From Sphaerodactylus townsendi (lineage: Eukaryota): 64,000 bases of DNA. The notes below the pieces were generated by a model that saw only the letters and a list, made by a program, of their open reading frames with translations, did not search any database and was not told the DNA's origin. Location: NCBI RefSeq assembly GCF_021028975.2, contig NC_059429.1:85250001-85314000 (forward strand), read 5' to 3'. Both the position numbers and the translations under genes were made by a program. Below are positions 37,641 through 50,700 of the stretch, piece after piece; the stretch's first letter is position 1, and each line of letters starts with the position of its first letter.

Positions 37641-39349
37641 CTCTATGAAGGACATTAATGCACTAAAATGCTATTCTATTGTAGATTATCAAAGGGTTTC
37701 AGCATGGTGACAAAGGTCAGGATCATGCCCTATGCCCCCTCCCACCATGACTGTGCCTGACTGTGCTGTGTATTCAGCACCTGTGTATTCAGCACCTCAT
37801 CTGCCTAAGGAATTATACATGTATGTTCCAGTATGCAGGAACTCGGTAACTTGCACTTTTCCAGAATTAATGGATCACATGGTCAGAGCTTGAACATATA
37901 TTTGGGAGCCTGTACACATTGTAATATATATGTGCTGGCTTCAGTAGAAATGTACACACGGGAGGTTAGGTCTAATCAAGTGAGAGGGCAGGCTAATGTT
38001 TGAGTCACTGCCCAGGCTTTTGACTGATTGCCTAGACTGGTGCCATAAGTAGTTGATGACCACTCCTATTTATATTTCTCAAAGTATATAAAAATACAGA
38101 ACAACCCATATTGTTGTTATCAGACTTCTCTTATATAGCAAAAATATTCAGTGTTCTCATTGAGACTTTCATTAACTTAAACCCCACTTTACAATATAGA
38201 AACTGAACAGTCTACTTTTGTCCTGTGTTTGGTTTGAATAGAATCTGCTGAGTAAAAACCCAAAGAACTAGGGCTGAAGATTATTTCAATATGCACTGTA
38301 TTCATGACGGAACTAGACAGGTACTAGGACCCAAGTGGAGCATTCTAAAACAAAGACAGTCCAGCATATGGTGGATGAAGTTACAACTCTATGTAGTTCT
38401 TTTGGTTGAAAAGGGTATAGTAGAGGGCTTCTAGCCTGTGTGAGAGGCTAGAATATTTGTCAGTTCTCAGCAGGTCATTTATTCAAAAATAGCCTGATTA
38501 ATATTTATGTGAATGGTCTGGAGCAATTTCAATTTAACAACTGTATTTGTTGTTTACTTAAACCCACATTGATTCAAAAACTCACCAAAAAGATTTTAAT
38601 TTAAGTATGTTGATGGTTCAGTCATCAACATTTCTGGGTGATGAGTTTTCCCAAGTGTTTTTATTTATCTTTTAAATTATTAATCATCCTTTAACTCAAA
38701 TGTTTAAATGCTGACTTTGCTTCTTACAAATTGTATCAAAATATCTTTCTTTTTTGTTTTGCAAATGAAATTTCTCCTCTTTAGATATTTGTTTTAAAAT
38801 TGGTTCTACCTCTGATTTATTTGTTTTAGTGATCAGTGATGGATCTTGAATTAGAAATTCTCCACATCTCCAGTAGATAACAGTGCAATCCAAAGGATGC
38901 TTTCCGGGGAGGAAACCCTGTTAAACAGACTTTAGGAAGACTCAGAGTGGACTTGCTGATTGCTTTCTAAAAAACCATAGACAAAAAACAGTGGCTATCA
39001 CATGCTCATTGGGTCTTGTGAGGTCACTTTACCTATTTGAGCCACCTTATTTTATCAGTGTATTTTTCTTTGAGCACTGAGAAGCTCGTATTGATGATTT
39101 TGATAATAAATACCTTCCACCTTGGTATAGTGAATAATTACTATTTTAACCATCTGATGAAAATAGTGTTCATTTAGTCATAGATTATTGTTAACATATC
39201 AAGATATGTCAACAGAAAAGTCATATTGAATGTTGTGCTGTTTCTTCCAAAAATCCGATATACAGTGTTTTGGAGTTGGTACGTAAGAACACAGCAAAGT
39301 ATATATTCACAGTGCAATCCTATGCACAGTTACCCCACTCTAAGCCAGC

Positions 39350-40910
39350 TGACACCTGGCTTGACAACACTACATGTGAAAGGGATCTGGGAGTCTTAGA
39401 AGACCACAAGCTGAACATGAGTCGGCAGTGTGATGCAGCTGCCAAGAAAGCCAATGCAATTCTGGGATGCATCAATAGGAGTATAGTGTCTAGATCAAGG
39501 GACGTAATAGTACCTCTCTATTCTGCATTGGTCAGATCTCACCTGGAATAATGTGTTCAATTCTGGGCACCGTAATTCAAGAAGGATATGGACAAGCTGG
39601 AACATGTCCAGAGGAGGGTGACCAAAATGGGAAAAGGTCTATAATCCATGGCCTATGAAGAGAGACTTAGGGAGCTGGGGATGTTTAGTCTGGAGAAGTG
39701 AAGGTTAAGGGGGTCCAAAGCTATGGACTCCCAAAGGGGGTGCCCCCATCATCCCCCATTGTTTCCAATGGGAGTTAATAGGAGATGGGGCTACACCTTT
39801 GAGTGTAGGAGATGGGGCTACACCCTGAACCAAACTTCACCAAACCTGGGTGGTATCATTAGGAGAGTCTCCTAAAGATACCCTAAAAGTTTGGTGCTGC
39901 TAGCTTAACAATTGCACCCCTGACAGCAGGCACCCCCCAAATTTCCCCAGATTCTCCTTTTAAATCCACCCCCTTCGGCATGGATTTAAAGGGAGAATCT
40001 GAGGTCCTCAGTTTAGAAGGACAAGAAGAGTTTGGATTTATATCCCCCCCCTTTCTCTCCTGTAGGAGACTCAAAGAGGCTTACAATCTCCTTGACCTTC
40101 CCGCCTCACAACAAACACCCTGTGAGGTGGGTGGGGCTGAGAGAGCTCCAAAAAGCTGTGACTAGCCCAAGGTCACCCAGCTGGCATGTGTGGGAGTGCA
40201 CAGGCTAATCTGAATTCCCTAGATAAGCCTCCACAACTCAAGCGGCAGAGCAGGGAATCAAACCCGGTTCCTCCAGATTAGAATGCACCTGCTCTTAAGC
40301 ACTACGCCACATTGAAAGTGATGCTGTTTCAGGGTGGGGGATAATCCACCCCAAAACAGCATCACTTTCAATTTTGTTTAACTGGGGACCCCAGATTCTC
40401 CCTTTAAGGTGGATTTAAAAGGAGAATTTGGGCTCTCTAGTTTAAACACTATTGAACGTGATGCTGTTTGGGGGTGGATTCCAGCATCACAGCGACTGCC
40501 GGGGGGGGGGGGGGGGTGCAAATTTTTTTTGCACCGGGTTCCATTTTCCCTCTATGCCTCTGCCCAGAGGGGAGGGCAGAAGGAACTGCCAGCTGCCGGC
40601 TGGGAGCCCAGCTGGTGGGGGGCAGGGGAGGGCAGGGTGGTGGAGTCTGCCGTCCCCAGCCTTGAAGAGCTGCTTTTATAAGCACTAGGCCAGGGGCGGG
40701 GCTTGGGGCAGGTGGGGGTGTGGCCCCACCCCGAACCCCCCCATAAAAAATCTATACCTACGTCCCTGGGTGGAGTCTCCTTCTTTGGAGGTTTTTTAAC
40801 AGAGGCTGGATGATCATATGTCAGGGGTTTTTTGATTGTCTGTTCCTACATGGCAAGGAGTTGGAATTGATGGCCTTTGTGGTCTCTTCCGACTCCATGA
40901 TTCTATCATT
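39350..40910 (+). mobile_element. CR1 LINE 3' fragment split by a hAT insertion
   Basis: 39350-39710 encodes CERDLGVLEDHKLNMSRQCDAAAKKANAILGCINRSIVSRSRDVIVPLYSALVRSHLE. CR1 resumes at 40769 (gagtctccttctttggagg) and ends ccatgattctatc. Confidence 0.92.
39708..40768. mobile_element. Left-truncated copy of the SINE-carrying hAT element at 56320-57772
   Basis: Colinear with 56732-57772, including the internal SINE; ends with TIR cctacgtccctg. Confidence 0.9.
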
Positions 40911-42507
40911 TCAATTGACTTAGACCTGAGTAATTGCCTAGGATTGCCAAATGAAACAAATGAAAATTCCATGTCACATTCTGATTGTAGTATGATGTGC
41001 GGGGTATCACAGGGTTTGTCACACTCTAGTGCATGATAATCACACTGAAAGTTAAACCAAAAAGTATGATTTAAGAGTGCAGTGTCCAATTTGGGTCTCC
41101 AACAGTACAAATCTGAGTCACATCCTTCTAAATCCATTGACTTCATTGGACATAGTAGAATATAACAAGGGTTACCAGCTCTAGGTTGGGAAATTCTTGG
41201 AGATGTTAGGTGCGGAGTTTAAGGCGGGTGAGGTTTGAGTGGAGAGAAGTGCCAGGTGGATGTTATCTTGGTGATTGAGATGCACTCCTAACTCTATGTA
41301 ACTGATTGAAATAACAAACCAACGCTGCTCAAAAGATATATGTAAGCAGCCTGCTATATGTAACCACTGCCATCTGTGCACTCTTTCCTTGATCTCTACT
41401 TTATGGCTTCACATGCTTTGTAGGAAACTAGGCTTCCCCTGGCACCTCTGTCTCATGAGAAAATAATTACATCCATTATCTTGTGGGGAAGGAAGCCAGG
41501 TGGCTCTCTCACTATCTGCCACCAACCTTGGGGTGCCTCAGCACCAAAGACTGTTTTTCACAAATTATTGGGAAACCGGAGGGGAGCTTTCAGCAGGGAA
41601 TAAAGTAGGCAGTGGATGCCAGTTTCATCAGCACTATGGTGCTTTGATACCTTATCAATAAACACTGCTGATCAATACTTCAGAGTCTGGTTCTGAGACT
41701 AACAAGAAGATTTGGTTTTTATACGTGGCTTTTCTCTAACTTTAAGGAGTTCAAAGTGGCTTAACGTCATCTTCCCTTTCCTCCCTTTGTGAAGTAATCG
41801 AGGCTGAGAACGTTCTGAGGGAACTGTGACTGTCCCAAGGTCACCCATCTTCATGTGGAGGAGTGGGGAATCAAAACCAGTTCTCCAGGTTGTAGCTCAC
41901 CACTCTTAACCACTACACCATGAGGGACTTCAGCAGGGTGTGATGCCAGAGTCTACCTTCCAAAACAGCCATTTTCTCCAGAGGAATTTATCTCTGTCAC
42001 CTGGAGATCAGTTGTAATCCCACAAGATCTCTTGCCACTATCTCGAAATTGGCAGCCCTAAGCGTAACATTGCCAGTCTCTCATTTGGGCAGATTCCAAA
42101 TGTATATGGAAAAACAAATGTCAGGATGTGCTGAAATGCAAGAAAATAATTGTTCCCACTTATGAAGGTACTAACAAGGCTGTCATTGAAATGACCTCAG
42201 GAGACAGGAGGGCTACTCTTTTTTTAGTATAACACATGACAGCAATAATGACACATATTTCTGTTTTACTTTGACTTAATAGCTGCTGGGAAGAGTAGAG
42301 CTTTGCCCCCACCCCCTGGGTTGTGGTAGATCGTAATTGACTTCCATAGGCGGCAGAGACTCACCAGACACAATGGTGTTCCCCCATTTCCTTTTTATTG
42401 GATAGATCAAAGTCCACACAGGCTCCCTCACAAGGACAGTTCCTTTCATCTGCCCATTTCTTCCCCTTCAAACCTCAGGGGGCTGATCAATGCCTCTGCC
42501 TTGGGGC

Positions 42508-42726
42508 TAGGCTTGCCAACCTCCAGGTGGTGGCTGGAAATTTCCCGGCATTACAACTAATCTTCCGGCAGCATAGATTAATTCCCCTGGAGAAAACAGC
42601 AGTTTTCACAGGTGGACTCTATGGTATTATACCCCACTGAAGTCTCTTCCCTCCCCAAACCCTACCCTCCTCAGGCTCTATCCCCCAAATCTCCTGGTAT
42701 TTCCCAACCCACAGCTGGCAGTCCTA
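42508..42726. mobile_element. Non-autonomous DNA element with tagggttgcca-type TIRs
   Basis: taggcttgccaacctccagg...gctggcagtccta. Related copies at ~6865-7060, 11198-11320, 41920-42060 and 62290-62506. Confidence 0.7.
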
Positions 42727-42792
42727 TTTGGGACAGTTCCACAAGGCCTGTCCCAGTTTGTGAAGCCTTCTAGATTTCACAGTAGGTTTAAT

Positions 42793-42925
42793 CCTTTGGC
42801 ACTCCTGATGTTATGGACTACAATTCCCATCAGCCCCTGCCAGCATGGCCAATTAGCCATGCTGGCAGGGGCTGATGGGAATTGTAGTCCATAACATCTG
42901 GAGTGCCAAAGGTTCGCCACCACTG
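42793..42925. mobile_element. Palindromic hAT MITE (left TIR lost)
   Basis: 42793-42912 is a near-perfect palindrome centred on ggccaattagcc; right TIR ggttcgccaccactg. Confidence 0.85.
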
Positions 42926-44744
42926 CCCTAGACCTTAGCTCCTCCTTTTGATTCCTCTTTCTTCTTTGTACCCTCAGTTTTGCCCTACCAGTTTGCATTC
43001 CTCACCTCCCTTGTCACTTCTGAACATCTCTCTCTCTTTTTATCCTTGGAACTGAACTCATGCTGATCAAATCCAGCACTACCCTTCCCTTCTCTGAGCT
43101 TTGTTGCTCTCTTAACCCCTTCCTTGCCTTACCCTTGCCTTACCTCCAGTTTGGTTTGCATAGGGCTGCTCTCGCAATGTTCCCAACCCTACCCTGGAGC
43201 AGCTGATATCTTTTGCCCTGTAAGTGCAGCCTCCTGTGGCTTCCACTGCTGCCTCTGCACCACAAGAACACATTAATATTTTGAGTGATCTTTATTTCAT
43301 TTGGGAATGATCCTGTAGCTAGCCTGTTGAGACAAAAGGCAGATGAAGCAGTTCAGTGCCAAAATATAAATAGACGAGGTAAGGGAAAACATAAGCTTTC
43401 GTATGTTGCAGCTTAAGCCACTACTCTGGATCTTAGTCAGACTTGTGGCACAGGCAGAGTTGGTGAAAACTGGACATAATGCAGCCACTGTGATGTAATT
43501 GTTGTACTCGAACTGGGGATTCAAACCCCTGCTCAACCTTAAAGCTCACTTGCCCCAGTCAGCAGTCTCAGCCTAGCCTATCTGCCAGGGTTGTTGTGAA
43601 GACAAAATGGAGGAAGGGAGAACCATACATTGTACTCTGAACTCCTTGGAGGAAGGATGACATAGTGGGGTTTTTTTTTGACAAATCTTGTCCAGTGTTT
43701 ATATCTGGAAACAGTCTCCTTATCGTTAAATATATATTGCTTGAGTGTCTGCTTATTTTCAGTGTTTGTGCAGCCATCTGATATCTGTTAAGTAGGCGGT
43801 TTTCTGGGAAAAGTCATTCATTTGTGGTTTTCTTATGTTATTAAGAACAATTGACTGGCTGATCTCTTTTTAAGACTTTGGGAATGAAAGGAGCCTGATT
43901 GCTGATGGAATAAAGGCTTTATGCGTGAAATGAATGGAAGCTGAAGCCTAATCTGCAGGTGAAGAAGAATGCGGTGGTAGAATTCTGATGGCAGTAACAC
44001 TGCAGACAGGGAAAGGAGGGTTGCACTCTTCATGCTTCATCCCTTCAAAAACTCCCTGCATTTTAAAAAAACAGCAGATGAGGGGGAAACATTCTGGCCT
44101 AACCTTTCATATGTATGCTAGTTTAGTGGTTCAAGAGAATTATTAACGTATGAAAATTCCTAATTTGGGCATTTGCAGCTCACCTTGCCTGTTCATGACA
44201 AAGGGGTTTATAAGTATGAAGTGTAAGTATTAAAATAATACAAATCTACACTGTAAAATCACAAACGTTCCATAGAAAGCAGTATCCGTTTAATCACCTG
44301 CCAGAAAAAGTTACTTTCAGATTAAATCTGCCCTTCACAAGAAAACCCTCCTTGGAAGGTCTTATAAGCCTCATGAAAGGCCATCAGTGTGGGCATTTTT
44401 TGAACTGTAATCTGCTTCATGTTAATGGTGCTGCAGTGAAAAAGCCCAGGAATGGATAGAGGAACAATGCACCACACTGGAGGAGGGATGCCAGTGAGAA
44501 ACTGCTGTGAGACCTGCGGCTGACACAGAAGTTGATGCCAGGAGAGGGTGGTCCTTGTAATGTGTATGCCATAAGGGACTTGCAGTGTAAGAAACAGCTT
44601 CCTGAACTGAACTAGGAAGCAAACTAGTACGACTACCTCAAATCTGAGGTTATATCTGCATACAATCCTGTAAGCTCTATTCTACACTAAAGCTCCCATG
44701 TTGTCTCCAGGAGCAGCTCCGTGAAGACAACTTTGGAAAATTAA

Positions 44745-45329
44745 GGCCCTTTCTGCACAAGTCACCTAGAATGTTTCCAAAATGTTTTCGATCATCCCCT
44801 TTATCATGATGTTTGTCCACACTCACCTCCTCCAAAACATTTCATAGCCGCCGTGAAGGTTTTTAAAATGTTGTTTATTTGTTGAAACAATGCTTTCATC
44901 TATTCATTGCTTCAGTTTTCGGTAGCTCCATTTAATCGATTCTTTGTTGATTTAACCAAAACAGCAAAACAGAAACACACACACACACACATGAAATGGC
45001 AGAAATAGAGCTGAGAAGGAAAGGAGTGAGACGGGGGATGTGAAAAAACGATGCTGAGGGGGACGTTGGGTGATGGCACAGTGGTGTGGAAAATGGCAAG
45101 AAAGCAAGAAAGATGAAACGTTTTAACGATGACTTTACTGGGAGGGAAGCTGGCTCCGAAACATTCCAGCAGAAAGAATGGTTGTAAAAGGGTTTTCAAA
45201 AACAACTAGAGAAAAAGCTGCTTGGAAATGTTTTTGGAATCAAAGGAGAAAAAAAAATGTTGAGCTCCATGGAGGAAACACTTTATTTCCAGCCTGAAAT
45301 TGTTGTAAGTTTCTTGTGCAGAAAGGGCT
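44745..45329. mobile_element. Harbinger-like non-autonomous element
   Basis: TIRs ggccctttctgcacaag / cttgtgcagaaagggct, with TAA next to both ends. Confidence 0.7.
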
Positions 45330-46324
45330 GTAAATCCCTCCCCTGTAATCTGAAGATGCATGGTCCTTTCTATCACCTCTTGATTTACTTTTACACATGC
45401 AGATTAATGAACTTTCAGTTCATTTTAGCAATTGTTTACAAGTGGATTTGCCATTCTGGACAGTAAGTTCCAGTTGCAAAGTGTACTGAAAGCATGTGTG
45501 AAAGTATGCATAACTTATTTCTGCCTCATTCTGCTGCGTGTGTAGACTGGGCCTTATACATCTGCTTGAAACATCATTCCATGTATGGTACAATTCTGCC
45601 TGTGTAGTATTGCACTTTTTTGCACAATCTTTTGTTGCACAAATCTTTTTTGTTGTCTGTGACCTACACATGTGTAAGGACACTAGAGTCTTTTTGTGGA
45701 CTAGATGTTTGCTTCATTATAGCACCTCTGCTGGATTCTCTTTGGTTCATCCCAAATTTGTCACTAGTGCAAAACTGTTCACAGGATCATGTTCTTAACA
45801 GTTTTATGCAGTAGAATTTCAGATTTTCTAAAACACACAAATTTATGTTGAATACTTCCTCTCTATTTTATAAGCATGGTACTTAGTTAAGATCATAGAA
45901 GTGCATTAGAAAAACACATATTCTGGTTAGGAACTGTTTGTGTGTACTTATGTATTATTGAAGGCATAGGGCTAGGTTCTTTCTGCAATGTGTTCAGGTA
46001 TTGACTTGATAAATGGAGAAAGCCCCCTATAGAGTAATTAGCTAAGTTGTGCAAAGGATCTCAGGTTACACTGAGGAATGCTGGGCCAGAGAAGCCCCTT
46101 GAAAATACAAAGACAAAACCAGCATTGAGGCAAATCTGATTCTGGTACTAATTAGAACGCATGTATTCCTTGCAAGGCAGAGACTACCTTGCATGGTAAT
46201 CCTAACTGAAATGGTGGGAGTCTGTCCCTTTTAGAGTGGGGAATTAGTGAGACCAGACTCTTAGCTTAGCAAAAGGTTGGCCAAGCTCGAGATCCTGGTT
46301 GTCTATGTTTACAAAAATCAGCTT

Positions 46325-46415
46325 TGTAAGAAATTCCTCTGGAGAGTGAATGAAGTTTAACAATGTTATTAAGGGATAATGGAGGTACACAAGCAAACAA
46401 TAATCAAAATAGTAG

Positions 46416-46452
<37 letters not shown>

Positions 46453-47098
46453 AAGATCTAAGTCGTGTTGAGCAAGTAGATGGGGGAACTGGGGAGTAAG
46501 GGTTATAGTCTCCTGATCTTGAAGTGAAATGGTCCGATGAACTGAGTTGAGCGGCTTACGTTTAACTCTGGTAGAAGAACAACGCATTGTGGAACAATAT
46601 CACAGACAGGGAGGTGTCCAGAGATATTGAAGAAGGGCTATTGGGAGAGGGGCTTCTAGGAAAACTCTCAGGGTTATGCAGAGTGACCCTTAGTATCCCA
46701 GGACAAAGAAGAGTCCTGCCTTTCTGGGGAAAGACAAGAAGTAGACATCGACCTTAATGGTTGGGTCATTAATCTAATGGGTTGAGGCATTAGCTTAATG
46801 GTCCAAGCTTGGAAATGCATGAAAGGGGGAAGGTAGCTGATAGAATTACAGCTGCAGAACAATGGCTATGCAAATGAGGCAGTCATTAGAAAGGTTAGTC
46901 AGAGGAAGAAGCATTGAGTTAATACAATACTGGGCAGGAACACTCAGGGTAAACAGGTTCTTTGTCTTTTGCCAGGATGTATGGTGCAGGGTTGGAGATG
47001 GAAATGCTCTCCAGGGCAGGGTCATTGTGCTCTTCCCTTCAGGAAGAGTGTGAGATAGGTGCTTTGCTTGGCAGATGTGGGTGAGGACAAGCCTGACA
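46325..47098 (-). mobile_element. Solo LTR
   Basis: TG...CA termini (tgtaag...cctgaca), perfect 5-bp TSD AGCTT (46320-46324 and 47099-47103), internal (CA)n at 46417-46447. Orientation is inferred from a degenerate polyA signal near the left end. Confidence 0.75.
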
Positions 47099-47311
47099 AG
47101 CTTTACTTATTGTATGTCCTTGTGGGTACATTGAGCCACTGCAGAGAATGGACTCCCCATTTTGGCACTGCACTGCTAGGCACCCCAAGGATTGGCAGAA
47201 TGGGTAGAGGCATCACTGTTTTAAAGCAGAGGGCTCCCCCACCCACCATGGGTCGGTTTGGTAACACTATTACACGAGCAAAAAAACCCCCATTCAATTA
47301 CATATAGTATA

Positions 47312-47845
47312 GGCTGTTTCCGCACGGGTGGAATACAGCGCCCCAGGGACGACAAAAACACCATCCCTAGGGAGGCGTTCGCACAGCAGGTGCAGCTGCA
47401 ACACAGCAGCCCCATGCTCGCGCCACCCAAGCAGTGTGGAAACGCCACTTTTGAACCTCGCTCCACGAGCGAGGTTTTTCAAAAGTGGCACCTTCCACCC
47501 GCTGCTGTGCGAATGGCAGTGGCTGGAAGGCGGTGTTTCCCTCCTGCCTTCCCCAGCCGGCTTACCTGCTCCTGCTGGCTTCTGTTGTGTTGTGGAGGCC
47601 AGGGGACATGCCCCCCTGGCCTCCATCTCCAGAGCCATTACTCTGGTCAGGGGTTGTGTGTCCCCTGGCCTCCACAACACAACGGAAGCCAGCAGGAGCA
47701 GGTAAGCTGGTTGGGGAATGCACAGCCTGTGCAAAGGCTGTTCTTCCCCTGTACCCCTACCGGGACCGTCTGTGCAAACGGTCCTGGGGGTTGCATCGGT
47801 GTAATTTATGCCTATTCACCTCCACTTAGCACCTGTGCGGAAAAG
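47312..47845. mobile_element. Harbinger-like non-autonomous element with internal hairpin
   Basis: TIRs ggctgtttccgcacgggtg / cacctgtgcggaaaag; CpG-rich; internal inverted arms 47549-47620 and 47645-47718. Confidence 0.75.
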
Positions 47846-49299
47846 TGTGGTGGTTAAGAGCATCAAACTGGGATCTGGGAGACCCAAGTTCCATCCCTCA
47901 CTCTGCCATGGAAATTCACTTTGTCTCTCATAGCTTAGCCTACTTCACAGGACAGTTGCAAGGATAACATGGAGGAGAGGAGACTGAAGTAAGCTTCTTT
48001 GAAAAAGAACAGGATATAAATGTCAAAATAAAATTACATAGCAGCTGCAGAATCGTAGAGATCTAGTTGGGTAGTAGTGTTACCTAGTGGTTGCAGAATG
48101 AAGAGGTGTTTGTTTTTCTCTTAGAGAGAACCTCCATCTCTGATTATAGTGTAAGGTCTGAAATGCATATTTATTACTGTCTTATTCCTCCAGTTATTGA
48201 ATTTCCCTCTTAACTGGCTAAATTTGGTATCCTCCAAAGTAGACAAAAGGCATGTAGCCCTTGGCTCATTAGAACAATATTTTTGTAATGGACCAATATG
48301 ACTTTCTGTCTTTTGATACTACTGTCATGATTCTTGTCTCAATACATATAAAGCAAAATTCTCATAGAAACTCCAAAATATTTTCATTTTAAGTAAGTCC
48401 TCATGATCTTAATCTCAATTTGTTTATTTGCACTGAAGGCTTAGTAGGTGATACAGCTCTTAAGGCAGAAGAACAGGATCATAGGTACAATAATGTCAGG
48501 AATACCTTTCCTTGGTGAATAAAAACGGACAATAATTACATATCCAATCCCCTGATAAATTTTATTTCTGACTTCAGGATCTAGATCCATGTAAGTTGCT
48601 GATAATTGTAGTCCTGGAGCCATCACAACTGAATGGCAGCTTTCATGATTGCAGCATTGCCTCGCTTTGCCTTAAAAACCCTGTTAAGCTATGTCATAAG
48701 CTTCCTGAAGATTTCACCCTACCCAAGAAGGTGCCATTTCCTGATTTCAGTGCTGGAAAATTTTCACATGGTGCCAGTCTCAGAGTGGCTATTTTTTAAT
48801 GCTGAAGCCACCCCCGCAGTAGAATAAACAAGAGAGGTAGGGTCAGGTTTTCGCCAGGAAGGGTGGCAGTGCAGAGAGGGAGAATAGCAGGATGTATGCC
48901 ACAAAGAAATAACAATGTAGGCAAGAAAGTTGTATAGCTACTGTTGAGAGAGTCTGGCGCCATGGCGAGATTTTAGTTTTGGGGTTCACAGATAAACTAA
49001 CCACCTTTGATTATTCCTGGTAGTTGTTCCAACTGAATATGTAGATCCGTTTCCAAGGCTCTGTGAGGTATCAGGACCACAGTGGTCTGTTAATGTCCCA
49101 GTGTTCTGTGTTGGGTGAGTGGGTGGTGATGACAATACACTTCCATTGAGATATAGGCTGGCCTTTCTGAACGGGCTGTTCCTGAGCATTAGGAAAGCAT
49201 CCAGCATCCTGCCCAGTCCTGCATCCAGACTGAAGGCGTGGCTTGAGAATTTTCAGACTGAAAATGCCAACTCAGAACTAATGCCAGTGGTTTTTTTTT

Positions 49300-50700
49300 T
49301 ACTAAAGATTGTTTATCATGACTAACAATTCTATAATTACCAAGTTTACTAAAGAAAATACATCAAAAAGTATATAACCAATGCATTATAAATATATATT
49401 ATTTGTAACATTAGCAATATTCTAAGCAACATTGTCATTAGAACCCACAATACTATTTAAAACAGTTATACTCATATGCTCATGACTGTCATATTTAAGA
49501 CAACTAATCATTAGAAGTCACATAAATAATCTTAAAACAGAAAGCATTCCTATATAAGGGGAATAAAAGATACTCTTTCTCTTCAGGAACTGATCCCTTT
49601 AAAATGCAAATAAACAAATGTGGGGGGGGGGGCTGGCCTCTAAAATAGTATTAATTGCATTGATAATTTGCTCCCAAAATTCTCTTGCTTTGGGCATGAC
49701 CATCAACAGTGGAAACAACCATCCTTCCACATCAGAGGCATATTGGGGGAAATGGCGCCTGGGGACAACACCTGTTCTGGGCAGCCACTCCCACCCTTGT
49801 GCCTCCCTGAGCTCAGGGGCAGAGCTTGAGGGCAGGGCTTGGACAGACACCACAGCGGCAGGCCGCATCCTGGGCCGACCTGCTGCCTTGCCTCCTGTCC
49901 AAGCCCCCACACCACCCTACAGGCTGCCTCCTGTGCTCCCCAGGCCCTGGGAAGGGCAGAATCCATCTTGCAGGGAGGCGGGGGGGCAGGGTGCCATGGT
50001 AGATACCTGGCAAGGGAGAGGCCCCCCAACCATGAGTCTCAAGCATGATCTCTCGGTGGGGGAGAGGCCTCCTGGCTGGAGGACTCTCCCCCACCAGAGG
50101 ATTGTGCTGGTGTGCCCGACCTCTCCTGTGGCGTGCAAGGCCTCTCCCTCGCTGGTGTGCCCAGCCTCTCCTGCAGCGTGCGAGGCCTCCCCCCCACACT
50201 GGGGGATTGTGCCAGTGTGAGAGGCCTCCTGACCACGTGGCTGGGCGAGCTGCGTCCTGGCACAGGGAGAGCAGCCGGATGCTGGCCAGGTTGGCGTGCC
50301 ATGGGAGAGAGCCCCCCCCCCATGACCAAAAAGTGTGCATCCCGGGGACATGGGTTACCCCAGTCCCTATAGGCTGTATGCCACTGTTCCACATAGGTCT
50401 GCAATTGCTTATTGAGTCTAATGATCAATCTTCAGAATGGTTAGAGCTTTGAGAATTTCATGTTTGCACCCAGGCACTGGTCTTAACTACTGAAAATGGC
50501 CTTAATCCAGGTTTGAGAGAAATGGCTTCAGCAGGCATCTTGGAATGAACCCATGTAGTATATTCTATCTGGATGAAGACCTCACCTTATATAATGTACT
50601 CATAATGGTTCACCTAGTAGGATGAAAAAAACCTACTTAACACTATCTGTTTTGCAGGTTCCTACTGTATTATCTAAATTATAGTATACACGAAATCTTT
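49300..50700 (-). mobile_element. L1-like 3' fragment split by a hAT element
   Basis: Minus-strand PKAREFWEQIINAINTILE resembles the L1 ORF2 C-terminal Cys-rich region; T-rich 3' end near 49290. Confidence 0.55.
49733..50386. mobile_element. GC-rich non-autonomous hAT element
   Basis: TIRs cagaggcata / tatgccactg; perfect 8-bp TSD TTCCACAT; internal 45-bp tandem repeat at ~50106-50195. Confidence 0.88.

Noticed and set aside
47258-47857. 199-aa ORF and mirrored peptides on both strands
   Set aside because: Product of a GC-rich palindromic DNA element.
49599-50452. Cluster of 100-200 aa ORFs
   Set aside because: They overlap a GC-rich non-autonomous hAT element with TIRs and TSD; no transposase motifs.
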